Assembly: GCA_963715195.1 (NCBI GenBank)
Contig: CAVQRT010000014.1
Location: forward strand, 20,428-84,427
DNA: 64,000 bases
DNA from: Thermodesulfovibrionales bacterium
Lineage (GTDB): Bacteria > Nitrospirota > Thermodesulfovibrionia > Thermodesulfovibrionales > SM23-35
Direction of reading: 5' to 3'
Shown: positions 9,153 through 18,815 of the stretch, one piece after another
Position numbering within the stretch: position 1 is the stretch's first letter
How the letters are laid out: each line of letters opens with the position of its first letter
The notes under the pieces: generated by a model
Seen by the model: the letters and a program-made list of their open reading frames with translations, nothing else
Told to the model about the DNA's origin: nothing
Database searches by the model: none
Program-made: the position numbers and the translations under genes

Positions 9153-10223
9153 TTATGGAAAGGTTTTGCCGGTTATCAACCGCATGACATCATTGTAAAG
9201 TACAACGGCCATGAGCGTAAGGAGGAGGGCAAGTCCGATCCGTTGGCTGACAGCAATAACCTTCTCGTTGAGGGGTTTCTTCCGTATCGCTTCGATGCCC
9301 AAGAATACGAGGTGTCCGCCATCGAGTATCGGAATGGGAAGCAGGTTCAGCACCCCGAGATTGATATTGATTATTGCCATGAATACAAAGAAGTTCAGTA
9401 CGCCTTGTGAGGCCTGCTGGCCTGCCATCTGGACGATCAGAATCGGGCCTCCCACCGTGTCCATGGGAATCACCCGCTGGATAAGTTTCACGATGGATAC
9501 AACAGTTAACACACACATTTCTCCTGTCCTGACGATGCTGTCAGTCAAAGCCTGAAGAACGGTTGTTCTTTTTATGAATGTGCTTCCTGAAGGTTTAATC
9601 CCTATCAATCCGACCTCTCTGCTTTCACCAAAAATATCCGGTATATTTTTCCTGTCAGGGACAATTGGTATCTGCAGGAGCCGCGAGTCTCTTTCGATTT
9701 CGAGGTTCAGTGTTTTGCCGGGATTTCCATGAATTATCTCTGTCATTTCTTCCCACTGGGTTACGGGAATCCCGTCGATCCTGATAATCCTGTCACCTTT
9801 CGTGAGCCTGGCCTTTTCCGCCGGGGTGTCCGGCATGACTTCCCCGATTTGAGGGATCAGAACAGGGAGACCTTTCACGAAAACAAAGAAGAAGATTATT
9901 GCGGCAAAGAGAATATTGAAAAGCGGACCGGAAAAAACGATCAGAAACCGTTTCCAGACTTCCTGGAAATTATACGCAAAGGGTTTATCCGCGTCGCTCA
10001 TCTCATCTCCCGGTGTCTCACCGAGCATTTTTACGTATCCCCCAAGAGGTATTGCAGAGATGCGGTATTCGGTATCACCGAATTGTTTGCCTATGAGTTT
10101 TGGCCCGAACCCGAGGGAGAATTTTAATACCCTGACTCCCATCAGTTTTGCGAAAAGGAAATGCCCGAGCTCATGGACAAAGATAATGACGCCGAGCAGA
10201 ATGATTGCTGAAATTAATGACAT
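9153..10223 (-). CDS. rseP: RIP (site-2) zinc metalloprotease RseP
   Basis: HELGHF motif at the N-terminus, a PDZ-like middle region, an NLLPIPILDGG motif, and the conserved position next to dxr/cdsA/uppS. Confidence 0.9.
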   Translation of the reverse strand: MSLISAIILLGVIIFVHELGHFLFAKLMGVRVLKFSLGFGPKLIGKQFGDTEYRISAIPLGGYVKMLGETPGDEMSDADKPFAYNFQEVWKRFLIVFSGPLFNILFAAIIFFFVFVKGLPVLIPQIGEVMPDTPAEKARLTKGDRIIRIDGIPVTQWEEMTEIIHGNPGKTLNLEIERDSRLLQIPIVPDRKNIPDIFGESREVGLIGIKPSGSTFIKRTTVLQALTDSIVRTGEMCVLTVVSIVKLIQRVIPMDTVGGPILIVQMAGQQASQGVLNFFVFMAIININLGVLNLLPIPILDGGHLVFLGIEAIRKKPLNEKVIAVSQRIGLALLLTLMAVVLYNDVMRLITGKTFP

Positions 10224-10275
10224 ACGTTGACTCCTGAAATAGTATTCATAGTTGCCTGCATATTGCCTGTATTTT

Positions 10276-11442
10276 CTATGATAACGTTTTGATTACTCTT
10301 TCTGCTGTTCTTCTTGCCCACCGGTCAGCCTCTGTAATAACATGAAGCTCTGTGTCCGGTCCGGCCACATGCTTATCCATCGTTTCCTTGATAACCACCG
10401 GGATCTCTGTGAACCTGATGATCCCTTTCAGAAACGCATTCACTGCAATTTCATCGGCAGCATTGAGCACACACGGCATTGTGCCGCCTGTCTCTAAAGC
10501 CCTGTACGCGTATGAAAGGCACGGGAACGAAATTCCCCCCGGTTGTTTGAAGGTCAGGGTCCCGATTTCGTGGAGCGAAAGTCCGTCGATAACGTTATCG
10601 ATCCGCTGTGGGTAGGTCAGAGCATATGCGATAGGACCTTTCATGTCGGGAACCGAAAGCTGTGCAATGCAGCTCCTGTCGTTGAATTCGACGACGGAAT
10701 GCACGATGCTCTGCGGATGAATAACCACATGAATGCTCTGACGGGGAAGACCGAAGAGATGATGGGCTTCGATCACCTCAAATCCCTTATTCATGAGCGT
10801 TGCAGAATCGATGGTTATCTTTTTCCCCATTTTCCATCTCGGATGTTTCAGCGCCTCCTCCGGGGTTATGGCACCCATGTCGGCGGGTCGTCTTTCTGCA
10901 AACGGGCCGCCTGAAGCGGTCAGGATGATACTTCTCAGCGCAGATTTCCGGTGGCCTTCGATGCATTGGAATACCGCGCTGTGTTCACTGTCAACAGGAA
11001 TGATCCTCGCACGGCACCGCTTTGCTTCGCTCATGAGAATTCTGCCTGCCATTACCAGCGCCTCTTTATTTGCGAGGCCGATCGTTTTTCCTGAACGCAC
11101 TGCAGACAGGGTCGGAATGAGCCCTGCCGCTCCGACAATCGCGGAAAGGACAAAGTCCGAGGCCTCATATGCAGCAGCATCAGCGATGCCGTCCTGGCCA
11201 GACACGATTTTTGATAAAGAAGCACGCTTTTTCCCGATTCTCTTTTTTAACTGGTTTTCAGCCTCTTTGTCGGCAACAGCCACAACATCGGGAGAAAAAG
11301 ATTCCATTTGTTTGTCGAGAAGGGCGACGTTGCTTCCCGCGGTCAGTACGGTTACCCTGAACCGGTCCCGGTGTGAGGATATGATATCGAGGGCGTTCCT
11401 CCCGATTGATCCTGTTGACCCGAGAATTGCTATATGTCTCAT
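10276..11442 (-). CDS. dxr: 1-deoxy-D-xylulose 5-phosphate reductoisomerase
   Basis: N-terminal ILGSTGSIG motif, ..PVDSEHSA.., typical 388 aa length. Confidence 0.95.
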   Translation of the reverse strand: MRHIAILGSTGSIGRNALDIISSHRDRFRVTVLTAGSNVALLDKQMESFSPDVVAVADKEAENQLKKRIGKKRASLSKIVSGQDGIADAAAYEASDFVLSAIVGAAGLIPTLSAVRSGKTIGLANKEALVMAGRILMSEAKRCRARIIPVDSEHSAVFQCIEGHRKSALRSIILTASGGPFAERRPADMGAITPEEALKHPRWKMGKKITIDSATLMNKGFEVIEAHHLFGLPRQSIHVVIHPQSIVHSVVEFNDRSCIAQLSVPDMKGPIAYALTYPQRIDNVIDGLSLHEIGTLTFKQPGGISFPCLSYAYRALETGGTMPCVLNAADEIAVNAFLKGIIRFTEIPVVIKETMDKHVAGPDTELHVITEADRWARRTAERVIKTLS

Positions 11443-11513
11443 GGGGGAAATAGGCCGGATTCAGAGAATGAAAAGCGCCGGTAATCTCCGTTGTGTAGCC
11501 TTGCCATGACGCT

Positions 11514-12296
11514 CTATGCGAACCCTTTCACGATCCAGTACAGGAATGGTCCTGCAAACAGGGAACCGTCGATTTTATCCAGGATGCCTCCGTGTCCGGG
11601 GATGATGGTGCCCGAATCCTTAACCCCTGCATCCCTTTTAAACATGGATTCTACGAGATCGCCTAGTATAGAGATTATTCCCACCATTATACCAATGAAA
11701 ATTGCCGGTACGACGTGCAGCTGAGGGACTATCAGAATGCGCAGGACAAGAGCTCCTGCAATGCCTCCGATAACAGAACCTCCTGCGCCGGCGACAGTCT
11801 TATTCGGACTCACTTCCCTGTAGAGCCTGCGCTTTCCGATGCCCTTGCCAATATAGTATGCCAGTGAGTCAGATGCCCAGACTGTTGCGTAGAGGAAGAG
11901 TATCCATTCAGGTCCGATATGCCTAAGCTGCCCCTGAAAGGTGAGTAATCCGGGTATATAGATAAGGCCGATAACCGGAGGGGCCAGCTCAGAAAGAGAG
12001 GAGGAAGGGTCTTTTTTCAGCAGGAGCCTCAAGACCATGATTGCCATTGCAGCAACCATGACGGCATCGGAAAAGTATTCGGCCGCAAAAAAGGAAACAC
12101 TGAGGATTGCCGATCCCGACAGGAGACAGGCATATTTCATCGGCACGTCAAGACGGTACATGGCGCAAAATTCAGAGAGCGCAACAAACGAGACAGCGAG
12201 AAGAAGAAAGAAGAAGAATATCGGCGGCAGGTACATGATGTAGAGATAGAAGAGGGGAAGAAAAATAAAGGCTACAACCAGTCTCTTACTGTGCAT
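11514..12296 (-). CDS. cdsA: phosphatidate cytidylyltransferase
   Basis: Polytopic membrane protein with the C-terminal CdsA signature (..FKRDAGVKDSGTIIPGHGGILDKIDG..). Confidence 0.9.
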   Translation of the reverse strand: MHSKRLVVAFIFLPLFYLYIMYLPPIFFFFLLLAVSFVALSEFCAMYRLDVPMKYACLLSGSAILSVSFFAAEYFSDAVMVAAMAIMVLRLLLKKDPSSSLSELAPPVIGLIYIPGLLTFQGQLRHIGPEWILFLYATVWASDSLAYYIGKGIGKRRLYREVSPNKTVAGAGGSVIGGIAGALVLRILIVPQLHVVPAIFIGIMVGIISILGDLVESMFKRDAGVKDSGTIIPGHGGILDKIDGSLFAGPFLYWIVKGFA

Positions 12297-13005
12297 CTAA
12301 CCTCGCCGGGATCGCACCGAACCTCCGCTCCCTCTGCTGGTAGTCCTGTATTGCGAGGAGGAATTCATCCTTCGAAAAATCGGGCCAGAGGGTCTCAGTA
12401 AAATAGAGTTCTGCATAGGCAGCCTGCCAGAGGAGGAAATTGCTGATGCGCTTTTCCCCGCTTGTTCTGATAATCAGGTCAGGCGGGGGGATGCCGGCGG
12501 TGTCGAGAAAAGAACTGAATACCTCTTCGGTCAGTGCATCCGCTACAATACCGGAACGGAGAATTTTCCTGACTGCCCTGACGATTTCGTTTCTTCCGCT
12601 ATAACTGAGTGCTGTGACGAGTATCATGCCGTTATTCGAGGATGTCTTCTCCTCGGCATGTTTAATGACGCTTTGAATGTGTTCAGGAAGCCTCCATATC
12701 TCTCCGATAGCCCTGAACACTATACCGTCCCGCATCAATCTGTCGAGTTCTTTTTTCAGATATACTTCGAGGAGCTTCATAAGGGTCGACACTTCCGCAG
12801 ACGGCCTCTGCCAGTTCTCTGTTGAAAAGGCATACAGTGTCAAGGACCTGAGTCCCAGTTCAGCAGCGCATTCAATAATTTCTTTCGACCGCTCCGCGCC
12901 CCGCCGGTGCCCTTCGATTCTCGGGAGACCCCGCAGTTCAGCCCATCTTCCGTTCCCGTCCATGATAATCCCGACATGATGAGGTATTCGGCCGGTGAGT
13001 AACAT
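12286..13005 (-). CDS. uppS: isoprenyl transferase / undecaprenyl diphosphate synthase
   Basis: Motifs HVGIIMDGNGRWA and ..RTSGEKRISNFLLWQ.. are present. It overlaps the cdsA start by 11 nt. Confidence 0.95.
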   Translation of the reverse strand: MLLTGRIPHHVGIIMDGNGRWAELRGLPRIEGHRRGAERSKEIIECAAELGLRSLTLYAFSTENWQRPSAEVSTLMKLLEVYLKKELDRLMRDGIVFRAIGEIWRLPEHIQSVIKHAEEKTSSNNGMILVTALSYSGRNEIVRAVRKILRSGIVADALTEEVFSSFLDTAGIPPPDLIIRTSGEKRISNFLLWQAAYAELYFTETLWPDFSKDEFLLAIQDYQQRERRFGAIPARLDAQ

Positions 13006-13013
13006 TCAGCTCC

Positions 13014-14759
13014 TCAGATTCCTTTCAAGGGGTAGACAGAGAGTTCCTTTTTTACCAGGTTTTCACCCTTCAAAATATTCCCTGCCCTTATGCCGAATAA
13101 GGGACTGGCAAGAACAAAGATATTATCGCTCGTAACCGCATAATCCATGATGGTGCCGTCTACTCCGTCTACAACGATGCTTTCTTCCATGGAAAAACCA
13201 TTCCACCGCAGGCTGCGTATCCGGGATTTCTTATAGCCGAACCCTTTTATCATATCCAGGAAAGGTATCCTTTGCACGTAGAGGATATCCTGTTGCCTGA
13301 AAAGCAGCCTGTCTTTCACCGACCATTCACCCCGGTCAACCATTGCCGAAGAGGCATCCTTCCGGAATGTTGTCAGAAAATTTCCCGCGGCAGTTTTGCT
13401 TTTCCAGAGCTTCAGCCCATTTTTGTCGTATACCGTGAAGTAACCCTTTTCATCATATGCGAGCAACAGCCTGCCCGCCTCCGGATCTTCGAAGAATATG
13501 AAATCATAAATATTGACGCCTCCGGGTAATGTGAGGGCATCACCTTTTTTCAAGGTCCCTTCCCATGAGAGATTGAATACATCACCGTCGAATCCGAGAT
13601 GGCGTGAATACGGCTGGGCAAAAAGCTTATCGCCTATTTTCCTCATGAACACATTGTCCTGGTAGAGCAGAATAAATGCTTTTCCGTCGTATTCATAAAT
13701 CGAAGATGTAATATCATCACTCTTCATTGTTGGTTCATTATTAGACATGACAGTGGACCCCTTCATTGATGTGACAATGATCTCATCCTTGCCGTTTTTA
13801 TTGATGTCTGCGGAATCAATCCAAATATGATGATCACGGGTAGACCCCTGAATGGTAATCCCTCCGAGCGCCGGATGCAGGTCTCTGTCCAGTGCATAGA
13901 CAATGAGATCTGTGCCCGTGCTGAAGATCAGTTCTTTTTTTCCGTCTCCGTCGACATCGCACATGATGAGGAACTTTGCTGCAGCCGGCACATCGAACTG
14001 TGTAAGGGGCTGGTGCTTCTCAACGGTGAAAAATTTCTCGCCGATGGAAAGTTCTTTTTCGAGAGCCTGATCGATTTTCGCCTCCATCGATCCGATCTGC
14101 AGCCCGTCGGATACCCAGTAAAGCTTCTGCGTAAGGAATATCTCATCCCCTGTCTTTTTCGTGCTTACAAGAAGCGCCACGTCGGCGTTCAGCCGCCTGG
14201 CCTCTTCGAGAACTTCTTCCGGTTTGTCGGTCTCAAGAGCAGTGTCGATGATCTGAACCCTTCCGGTATCTTTTAGTCTCCGGTAATAATACTCAGCCAA
14301 TTGCCAGTCGGTATCCCTGGATTGACAGAAGAGGAGGTTAATCTTGAGTCCGGATATCCTAACCGTATCACCTGCTTTTGCATCACCTTCGATAATGATG
14401 CCGGTGAATGCATCTTCAGTGGCTTCCTTCACCTGCAGCTTGCCGACAAGTGATTCAAGGTTTCCGAGCAGTTCTTTGGTAACGGGGTGTCTGAAGGGCG
14501 CTTCTTTTCTCAGGATCTGAAACCTCATACCCGTCTTTACAGAATCTTTTGCGCCTATATTTACAGCAACCTGTTTTCCCTCAACTGAAAGAATGCTCCC
14601 TTGCAGGGGCTTGAAATAGGAGGTGGTTGCATCAAGCATGGTATCTATTGCACGGTCTTCTGCATGCACGGCAGGGCAGGCGCAGTGCAGGACGAGCAAC
14701 AGAAACATGCACCTGAGCAGCCTCCGTCCTGTCTGAAGTATGATCGGGACAAACAGCAT
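13014..14759 (-). CDS. secreted FG-GAP/VCBS-repeat-like protein, function unknown
   Basis: 581 aa with an N-terminal signal-like hydrophobic segment and calcium-binding-like repeats (CDVDGDGKKELIF, DINKNGKDEIIV) typical of FG-GAP/VCBS beta-propeller blades. Confidence 0.6.
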   Translation of the reverse strand: MLFVPIILQTGRRLLRCMFLLLVLHCACPAVHAEDRAIDTMLDATTSYFKPLQGSILSVEGKQVAVNIGAKDSVKTGMRFQILRKEAPFRHPVTKELLGNLESLVGKLQVKEATEDAFTGIIIEGDAKAGDTVRISGLKINLLFCQSRDTDWQLAEYYYRRLKDTGRVQIIDTALETDKPEEVLEEARRLNADVALLVSTKKTGDEIFLTQKLYWVSDGLQIGSMEAKIDQALEKELSIGEKFFTVEKHQPLTQFDVPAAAKFLIMCDVDGDGKKELIFSTGTDLIVYALDRDLHPALGGITIQGSTRDHHIWIDSADINKNGKDEIIVTSMKGSTVMSNNEPTMKSDDITSSIYEYDGKAFILLYQDNVFMRKIGDKLFAQPYSRHLGFDGDVFNLSWEGTLKKGDALTLPGGVNIYDFIFFEDPEAGRLLLAYDEKGYFTVYDKNGLKLWKSKTAAGNFLTTFRKDASSAMVDRGEWSVKDRLLFRQQDILYVQRIPFLDMIKGFGYKKSRIRSLRWNGFSMEESIVVDGVDGTIMDYAVTSDNIFVLASPLFGIRAGNILKGENLVKKELSVYPLKGI

Positions 14760-14765
14760 CGGGTA

Positions 14766-15179
14766 TTATACCTTCCCGGCCTCTTTTGCGAGACGGTCGA
14801 GAATGCCATTCAAAAAAGCGGCTGCCTCGATGGAGGAATACTTTTTGGCAATTTCGAGTGCCTCGTTTATGGTGACAGCAGACGGGATATCCTCTCTGTA
14901 AAGGATTTCATATGCGGAGAACCTGAGGATATTCCTGTCAACGGCTGCAATTCTTTTCAGTATCCAGTTTTCAGCAACTTTTTCGATCATTGCATCTATC
15001 TTGTCGAGGTTTTGTAGGGTTCCCTGTACCAGTTCCACGGCAAAATCTTTCACATCACTCTGTTTATTCTTGTCCGACCAGAATTCATCAAAGATTTTCT
15101 TTTCATCGTATGGCCTTCCGGTAAAATCCAGCTGAAACAACAGTTGGAGTGCAAACTCCCTCGCCTTGCGCCGCTTCAT
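14766..15179 (-). CDS. nusB: transcription antitermination factor NusB
   Basis: 137 aa, RRKAREFALQLLFQ start, and the conserved position after ribH. Confidence 0.9.
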   Translation of the reverse strand: MKRRKAREFALQLLFQLDFTGRPYDEKKIFDEFWSDKNKQSDVKDFAVELVQGTLQNLDKIDAMIEKVAENWILKRIAAVDRNILRFSAYEILYREDIPSAVTINEALEIAKKYSSIEAAAFLNGILDRLAKEAGKV

Positions 15180-15268
15180 GATTCAGCAGGCAGGAGTCGG
15201 GAAGCAGCAGACACGTGCCACCATATTTTACTCCCCGTAATCTGTCCGCCGGGTACACAATGCAGATT

Positions 15269-15730
15269 TCATAGTTTTTTCTGGAGTTGAGCCATCTCGA
15301 TGGCGGTGACAGCGGCATCCCAGCCCTTGTTGCCGCTTTTTGTGCCGGCCCTTTCCACCGCCTGTTCGATGGTATCGCTGGTGATGATGCCGAATACTAT
15401 CGGTACCCCTGTCTCCAGGGACACTGATGCTATGCCTTTGGAGACTTCCGCCGCGATATATTCGAAATGAGGCGTCGCTCCCCTGATGATCGTTCCGAGA
15501 CAAATTACGGCATTATACGTTCCCTTCAGAGCCATCTTTCTGGCAATAAGGGGAATCTCAAAAGAACCGGGAACTTTTACCAGGTCGATGTCATCTTCCC
15601 GCGCACCATGCCTCACCAGTGCATCTTTTGCGCCCTCAAGCAGCTTGCCGGTAATAAATTCGTTAAATCTGCTCATGACAATCCCGAACTTCAGCCCCTT
15701 TGCCTGCAACTCGCCTTCAAATATTTTCAT
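15269..15730 (-). CDS. ribH: 6,7-dimethyl-8-ribityllumazine synthase
   Basis: Typical RibH sequence (..[21 protein letters not shown]..). GGAGGA lies 4 nt upstream of ATG 15730, and the ORF track's ATG at 15742 lies inside that SD. Confidence 0.9.
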   Translation of the reverse strand: MKIFEGELQAKGLKFGIVMSRFNEFITGKLLEGAKDALVRHGAREDDIDLVKVPGSFEIPLIARKMALKGTYNAVICLGTIIRGATPHFEYIAAEVSKGIASVSLETGVPIVFGIITSDTIEQAVERAGTKSGNKGWDAAVTAIEMAQLQKKL

Positions 15731-15830
15731 ACAGTCCTCCATTCCCGACAGGGTTCGAGGATCCAGGGGTTCATGGGTTCAAGTGATAATTTTCAATTTC
15801 TTGAACCCTCGAATCCTTAGCCCCTTTTTA

Positions 15831-17048
15831 TTACACGTTATCCAGTATATGCCCCATTTTTTTCTTCTTCGTCTTCAGATAGACAATATTTCTCTCATTA
15901 GGGTTCATTTCGATGGGGACCCTCGAGACGACCTTCAGGTTATACCCTTCGAGTCCAACAATCTTTTTAGGATTGTTCGTCATGAGACGCATCTTTCTCA
16001 CCCCGATGTCAACGAGGATCTGTGCGCCTATCCCGTAATCTCTCAGGTCCGGTTTAAATCCAAGCTTGATGTTTGCTTCGACCGTGTCGAGACCCTTGTC
16101 CTGGAGTTCATACGCCTTCAGTTTATTAATCAAACCTATCCCGCGGCCTTCCTGTTTCATATAGAGGATAACGCCCTTGCCTTCCTTCCTTATCATCTCC
16201 ATAGCCTTGTGAAGCTGCTCGCCGCAGTCGCATCTCCGGGATGCGAAGACGTCTCCTGTAAGGCATTCGGAATGCACCCTCACGAGGACTTCGTCATCAG
16301 GTTTTATCTCTCCCTTTATCAGGGCGATATGCACATTGTTGTCGATCACATTGCCATAGGCGATTGCGGTAAAATCACCGCCGTATGTTGTCGGAAGCTT
16401 TACCGTTGCGAGTCGTTCCACAAACAACTCGGTCCTCATCCTGTATTTGATGATGTCTTTTATGGTGACGATCTTGAGATGATGTTTTTTCGAGAATTCC
16501 ATTAATTCCGGTACCCTCGCCATGGTTCCATCTTCACTCATGATCTCGCAGATCACCCCGGCAACCGTAAGCCGTGCAAGCCGTGCCAGGTCAACGGAAC
16601 CCTCTGTCTGTCCGGCTCTCTGCAGGACCCCGCCGGCCTTTGCCCTCAGAGGGAAGATGTGTCCCGGTTTTGCGAGGTCATCCGGCGTTGTCCGGGGATC
16701 AATCGCTGTGAGTATTGTTCTTGCCCGGTCTGATGCGGAAATCCCTGTTGTAACGCCCCGCTTCGCTTCGATTGAGACGGTGAAAGCAGTCCCGAACGGT
16801 GACGTGTTGTCGTCGGTCATCATGGGCAGTTTCAATTCTTCCACCCGCTCGGGCGTCAGGGAGAGACAGATCAGTCCCCGCCCGTATTTTGCCATAAAAT
16901 TGATTGCCTCAGGTGTTACTTTTTCTGCTGCCATACAGAGGTCGCCTTCATTCTCTCTGTCTTCATCGTCAACGAGGATGACCATCTTGCCGGCAGCTAT
17001 GTCATCAAGTGCTTCTTCAATGGTATTAAATGTGTACTTCTCCATCAT
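15831..17048 (-). CDS. ribBA: bifunctional 3,4-dihydroxy-2-butanone-4-phosphate synthase / GTP cyclohydrolase II
   Basis: 405 aa, with an N-terminal DHBP synthase domain (..[11 protein letters not shown]..) and a C-terminal GCH-II domain (..[17 protein letters not shown]..). Confidence 0.95.
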   Translation of the reverse strand: MMEKYTFNTIEEALDDIAAGKMVILVDDEDRENEGDLCMAAEKVTPEAINFMAKYGRGLICLSLTPERVEELKLPMMTDDNTSPFGTAFTVSIEAKRGVTTGISASDRARTILTAIDPRTTPDDLAKPGHIFPLRAKAGGVLQRAGQTEGSVDLARLARLTVAGVICEIMSEDGTMARVPELMEFSKKHHLKIVTIKDIIKYRMRTELFVERLATVKLPTTYGGDFTAIAYGNVIDNNVHIALIKGEIKPDDEVLVRVHSECLTGDVFASRRCDCGEQLHKAMEMIRKEGKGVILYMKQEGRGIGLINKLKAYELQDKGLDTVEANIKLGFKPDLRDYGIGAQILVDIGVRKMRLMTNNPKKIVGLEGYNLKVVSRVPIEMNPNERNIVYLKTKKKKMGHILDNV

Positions 17049-17129
17049 TCATCTTTTCAGACAGGTCCAAAGGGCCGGGGATGACCGGGTGATGAGCCTT
17101 GAATCCTTTGCCCCGTATATCCGCGGATC

Positions 17130-17777
17130 CTATCTGTTCAAGAATCCTCCTTTCATCAGGGTCTTCATGAAATCTGAATCCTTTGCTTCTTCTTTCTGCA
17201 GAAATTTTGCTACGTATTTCCCCAGGATATCTGCTTCTATATTGACGGAATCGCCGGGACCTTTGAACCCCAGGGTAGTCAGTTTTGCTGTATGCGGAAT
17301 AATGACCAGGGAAAACCTATTTTCCAGTATATCAACAATGGTAAGACTTATGCCATCCACGGCTACGGAACCTTTCTCAACAATGTATTGCATGATCCGG
17401 GGAGGCGCTTCAATCTCAAATTTCCACATATCCCCGATGGCGGCTCTGGAACGAATCTTCCCTACAGCATCCACATGTCCTGTTACAAAATGTCCACCAA
17501 TTTTCGAATCAGGCCTCAGTGCATGCTCAAGGTTTACCCGGTCTCCTGTTTTCAGAGTTCCAAGATTGGTGCTTCCCATCGTCTCATCAGAGAGGTCGAA
17601 CGATAACGTTCTGTCCTCTTTCCTGACGACGGTGAGACAGACGCCATTGACGGCAATACTGTCACCGATATCTGCTGTTGCCGATAAATCCCCGGGGAGC
17701 AGGGTCAGCAAGGCTCCGCTGCTCCGCTTTTGTATCATCGTGATGTTTCCCATTTCGAGCACCAGGCCGGTAAACAT
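17130..17777 (-). CDS. ribE: riboflavin synthase (alpha chain)
   Basis: Canonical MFTGLV start at 17777, directly after the stop of the upstream ORF, and a duplicated lumazine-binding repeat (..VNGVCLTV.. / ..VDGISLTI..). Confidence 0.9.
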   Translation of the reverse strand: MFTGLVLEMGNITMIQKRSSGALLTLLPGDLSATADIGDSIAVNGVCLTVVRKEDRTLSFDLSDETMGSTNLGTLKTGDRVNLEHALRPDSKIGGHFVTGHVDAVGKIRSRAAIGDMWKFEIEAPPRIMQYIVEKGSVAVDGISLTIVDILENRFSLVIIPHTAKLTTLGFKGPGDSVNIEADILGKYVAKFLQKEEAKDSDFMKTLMKGGFLNR

Positions 17778-17778
17778 C

Positions 17779-18135
17779 TTACTCCTCGACATCAACAGTA
17801 AAGTGCAGGGTTTTCTGATACAACCCGAGTACGTCAACTGTCTCTTCCCATGACGTCTTGACGCGGACAGTTTTTGTCTTCCTTGTGACCAGAATATCCT
17901 TTTCGTCCAGAGGGAGTTTCAGTTCCTGGGCTCTTTCGAATATCTGTGCCCTTGTCTTGTCGGTATCACCAAGACTGATCCTCGCCAATTCCTTCACATC
18001 TGACTGGAAGGCTGAATGCTTGTAATACGGAATGCCGAATTTGATACCAAGATAGATACAAAAAACAAGGATAATTGTGACAAGGGTAAATTTGATATAC
18101 CCTTCTTGATTACGGTACCCATGCATGTTCTTCAT
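17779..18135 (-). CDS. small membrane-anchored protein (DUF4845-like), function unknown
   Basis: 118 aa with a single N-terminal TM helix. It overlaps the lepB stop by 4 nt. A DUF4845 gene follows lepB in some proteobacteria, but that assignment is tentative. Confidence 0.5.
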   Translation of the reverse strand: MKNMHGYRNQEGYIKFTLVTIILVFCIYLGIKFGIPYYKHSAFQSDVKELARISLGDTDKTRAQIFERAQELKLPLDEKDILVTRKTKTVRVKTSWEETVDVLGLYQKTLHFTVDVEE

Positions 18136-18740
18136 CGTATTAACCTCCCTATCCTGTTAAACCGGAGCCAGTTGTCCGGATCCCAAGACCAGTAGATCAT
18201 CAGCGCCTTCCCCCTGATGTCTTTCCTGTCAACAAAACCCCAATATCTGCTGTCATAACTCTGGTCGCGATTGTCACCCATCACGAAAAACTTATCTTTT
18301 GGAACGACAACAGGTCCGAAGTTGTCCCGCGGATCATTCCCTCCGGGGCGAACAGACCGGTCAAAATGATGAGCAAAGGGTTCGACAAGCGCTCTCCCGT
18401 TCACATACACTATTTTATTCTTCTCCTCGACTACGTCTCCACCGGTAGCGATAACGCGTTTTATAAAGTCCTTTTTCGGGTTCTCCGGATATTTAAAAAC
18501 GATGATGTCTCCCTGTTCGGGGCTTCGCCATATCAGAATCTTCTTGTCGGTCAGGGGAATTTTTGTGCCGTAGATGAACTTATTTACCAGGATGTGGTCA
18601 CCGATAAGAAGGGTTGGAATCATCGAACCTGAAGGTATCTTGAATGCCTGTATAATATATGCCCGTATGATCAGGGCGAGGATGAGGGCGGTAACGATAG
18701 CCTCTATGTATTCCCACAAGAGTCCTTTTTTGCTTTTCAA
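18132..18740 (-). CDS. lepB: signal peptidase I
   Basis: Motifs IPSGSMIPTL (catalytic Ser) and GDNRDQSYDSRYWG. Confidence 0.95.
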   Translation of the reverse strand: MKSKKGLLWEYIEAIVTALILALIIRAYIIQAFKIPSGSMIPTLLIGDHILVNKFIYGTKIPLTDKKILIWRSPEQGDIIVFKYPENPKKDFIKRVIATGGDVVEEKNKIVYVNGRALVEPFAHHFDRSVRPGGNDPRDNFGPVVVPKDKFFVMGDNRDQSYDSRYWGFVDRKDIRGKALMIYWSWDPDNWLRFNRIGRLIR

Positions 18741-18815
18741 TCAGTCTTCCTCCTTTATGTGTTTGCTGTCCCGCAAGATTACGGGGTATACATTTTGTAT
18801 TCCATTGGAGCAGTC

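Noticed and set aside
15755-15775. GGTTCGAGGATCC resembling a tRNA T-arm (GGTTCGAATCC).
   Set aside because: No complementary T-stem, acceptor stem or anticodon arm can be drawn around it. It lies in the 88-bp ribBA-ribH spacer and is better explained as part of the local hairpin repeats.
15486-17853. Long plus-strand ORFs (339 aa and 443 aa) across the riboflavin genes.
   Set aside because: They lie antisense to ribH/ribBA/ribE, which have unmistakable motifs. Their translations are Ser/Pro/Arg-rich shadow products without motifs. The same reasoning applies to 10793-11509(+), 3848-4756(-), 21310-22029(+), 35185-35835(-), 44302-44958(-), 53564-54067(+) and similar antisense ORFs.
17778-18140. 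Expected FMN riboswitch upstream of the riboflavin genes.
   Set aside because: ribE starts 1 nt after the stop of the preceding ORF, which itself overlaps lepB. There is no untranslated leader in which a ~130-nt riboswitch could sit.
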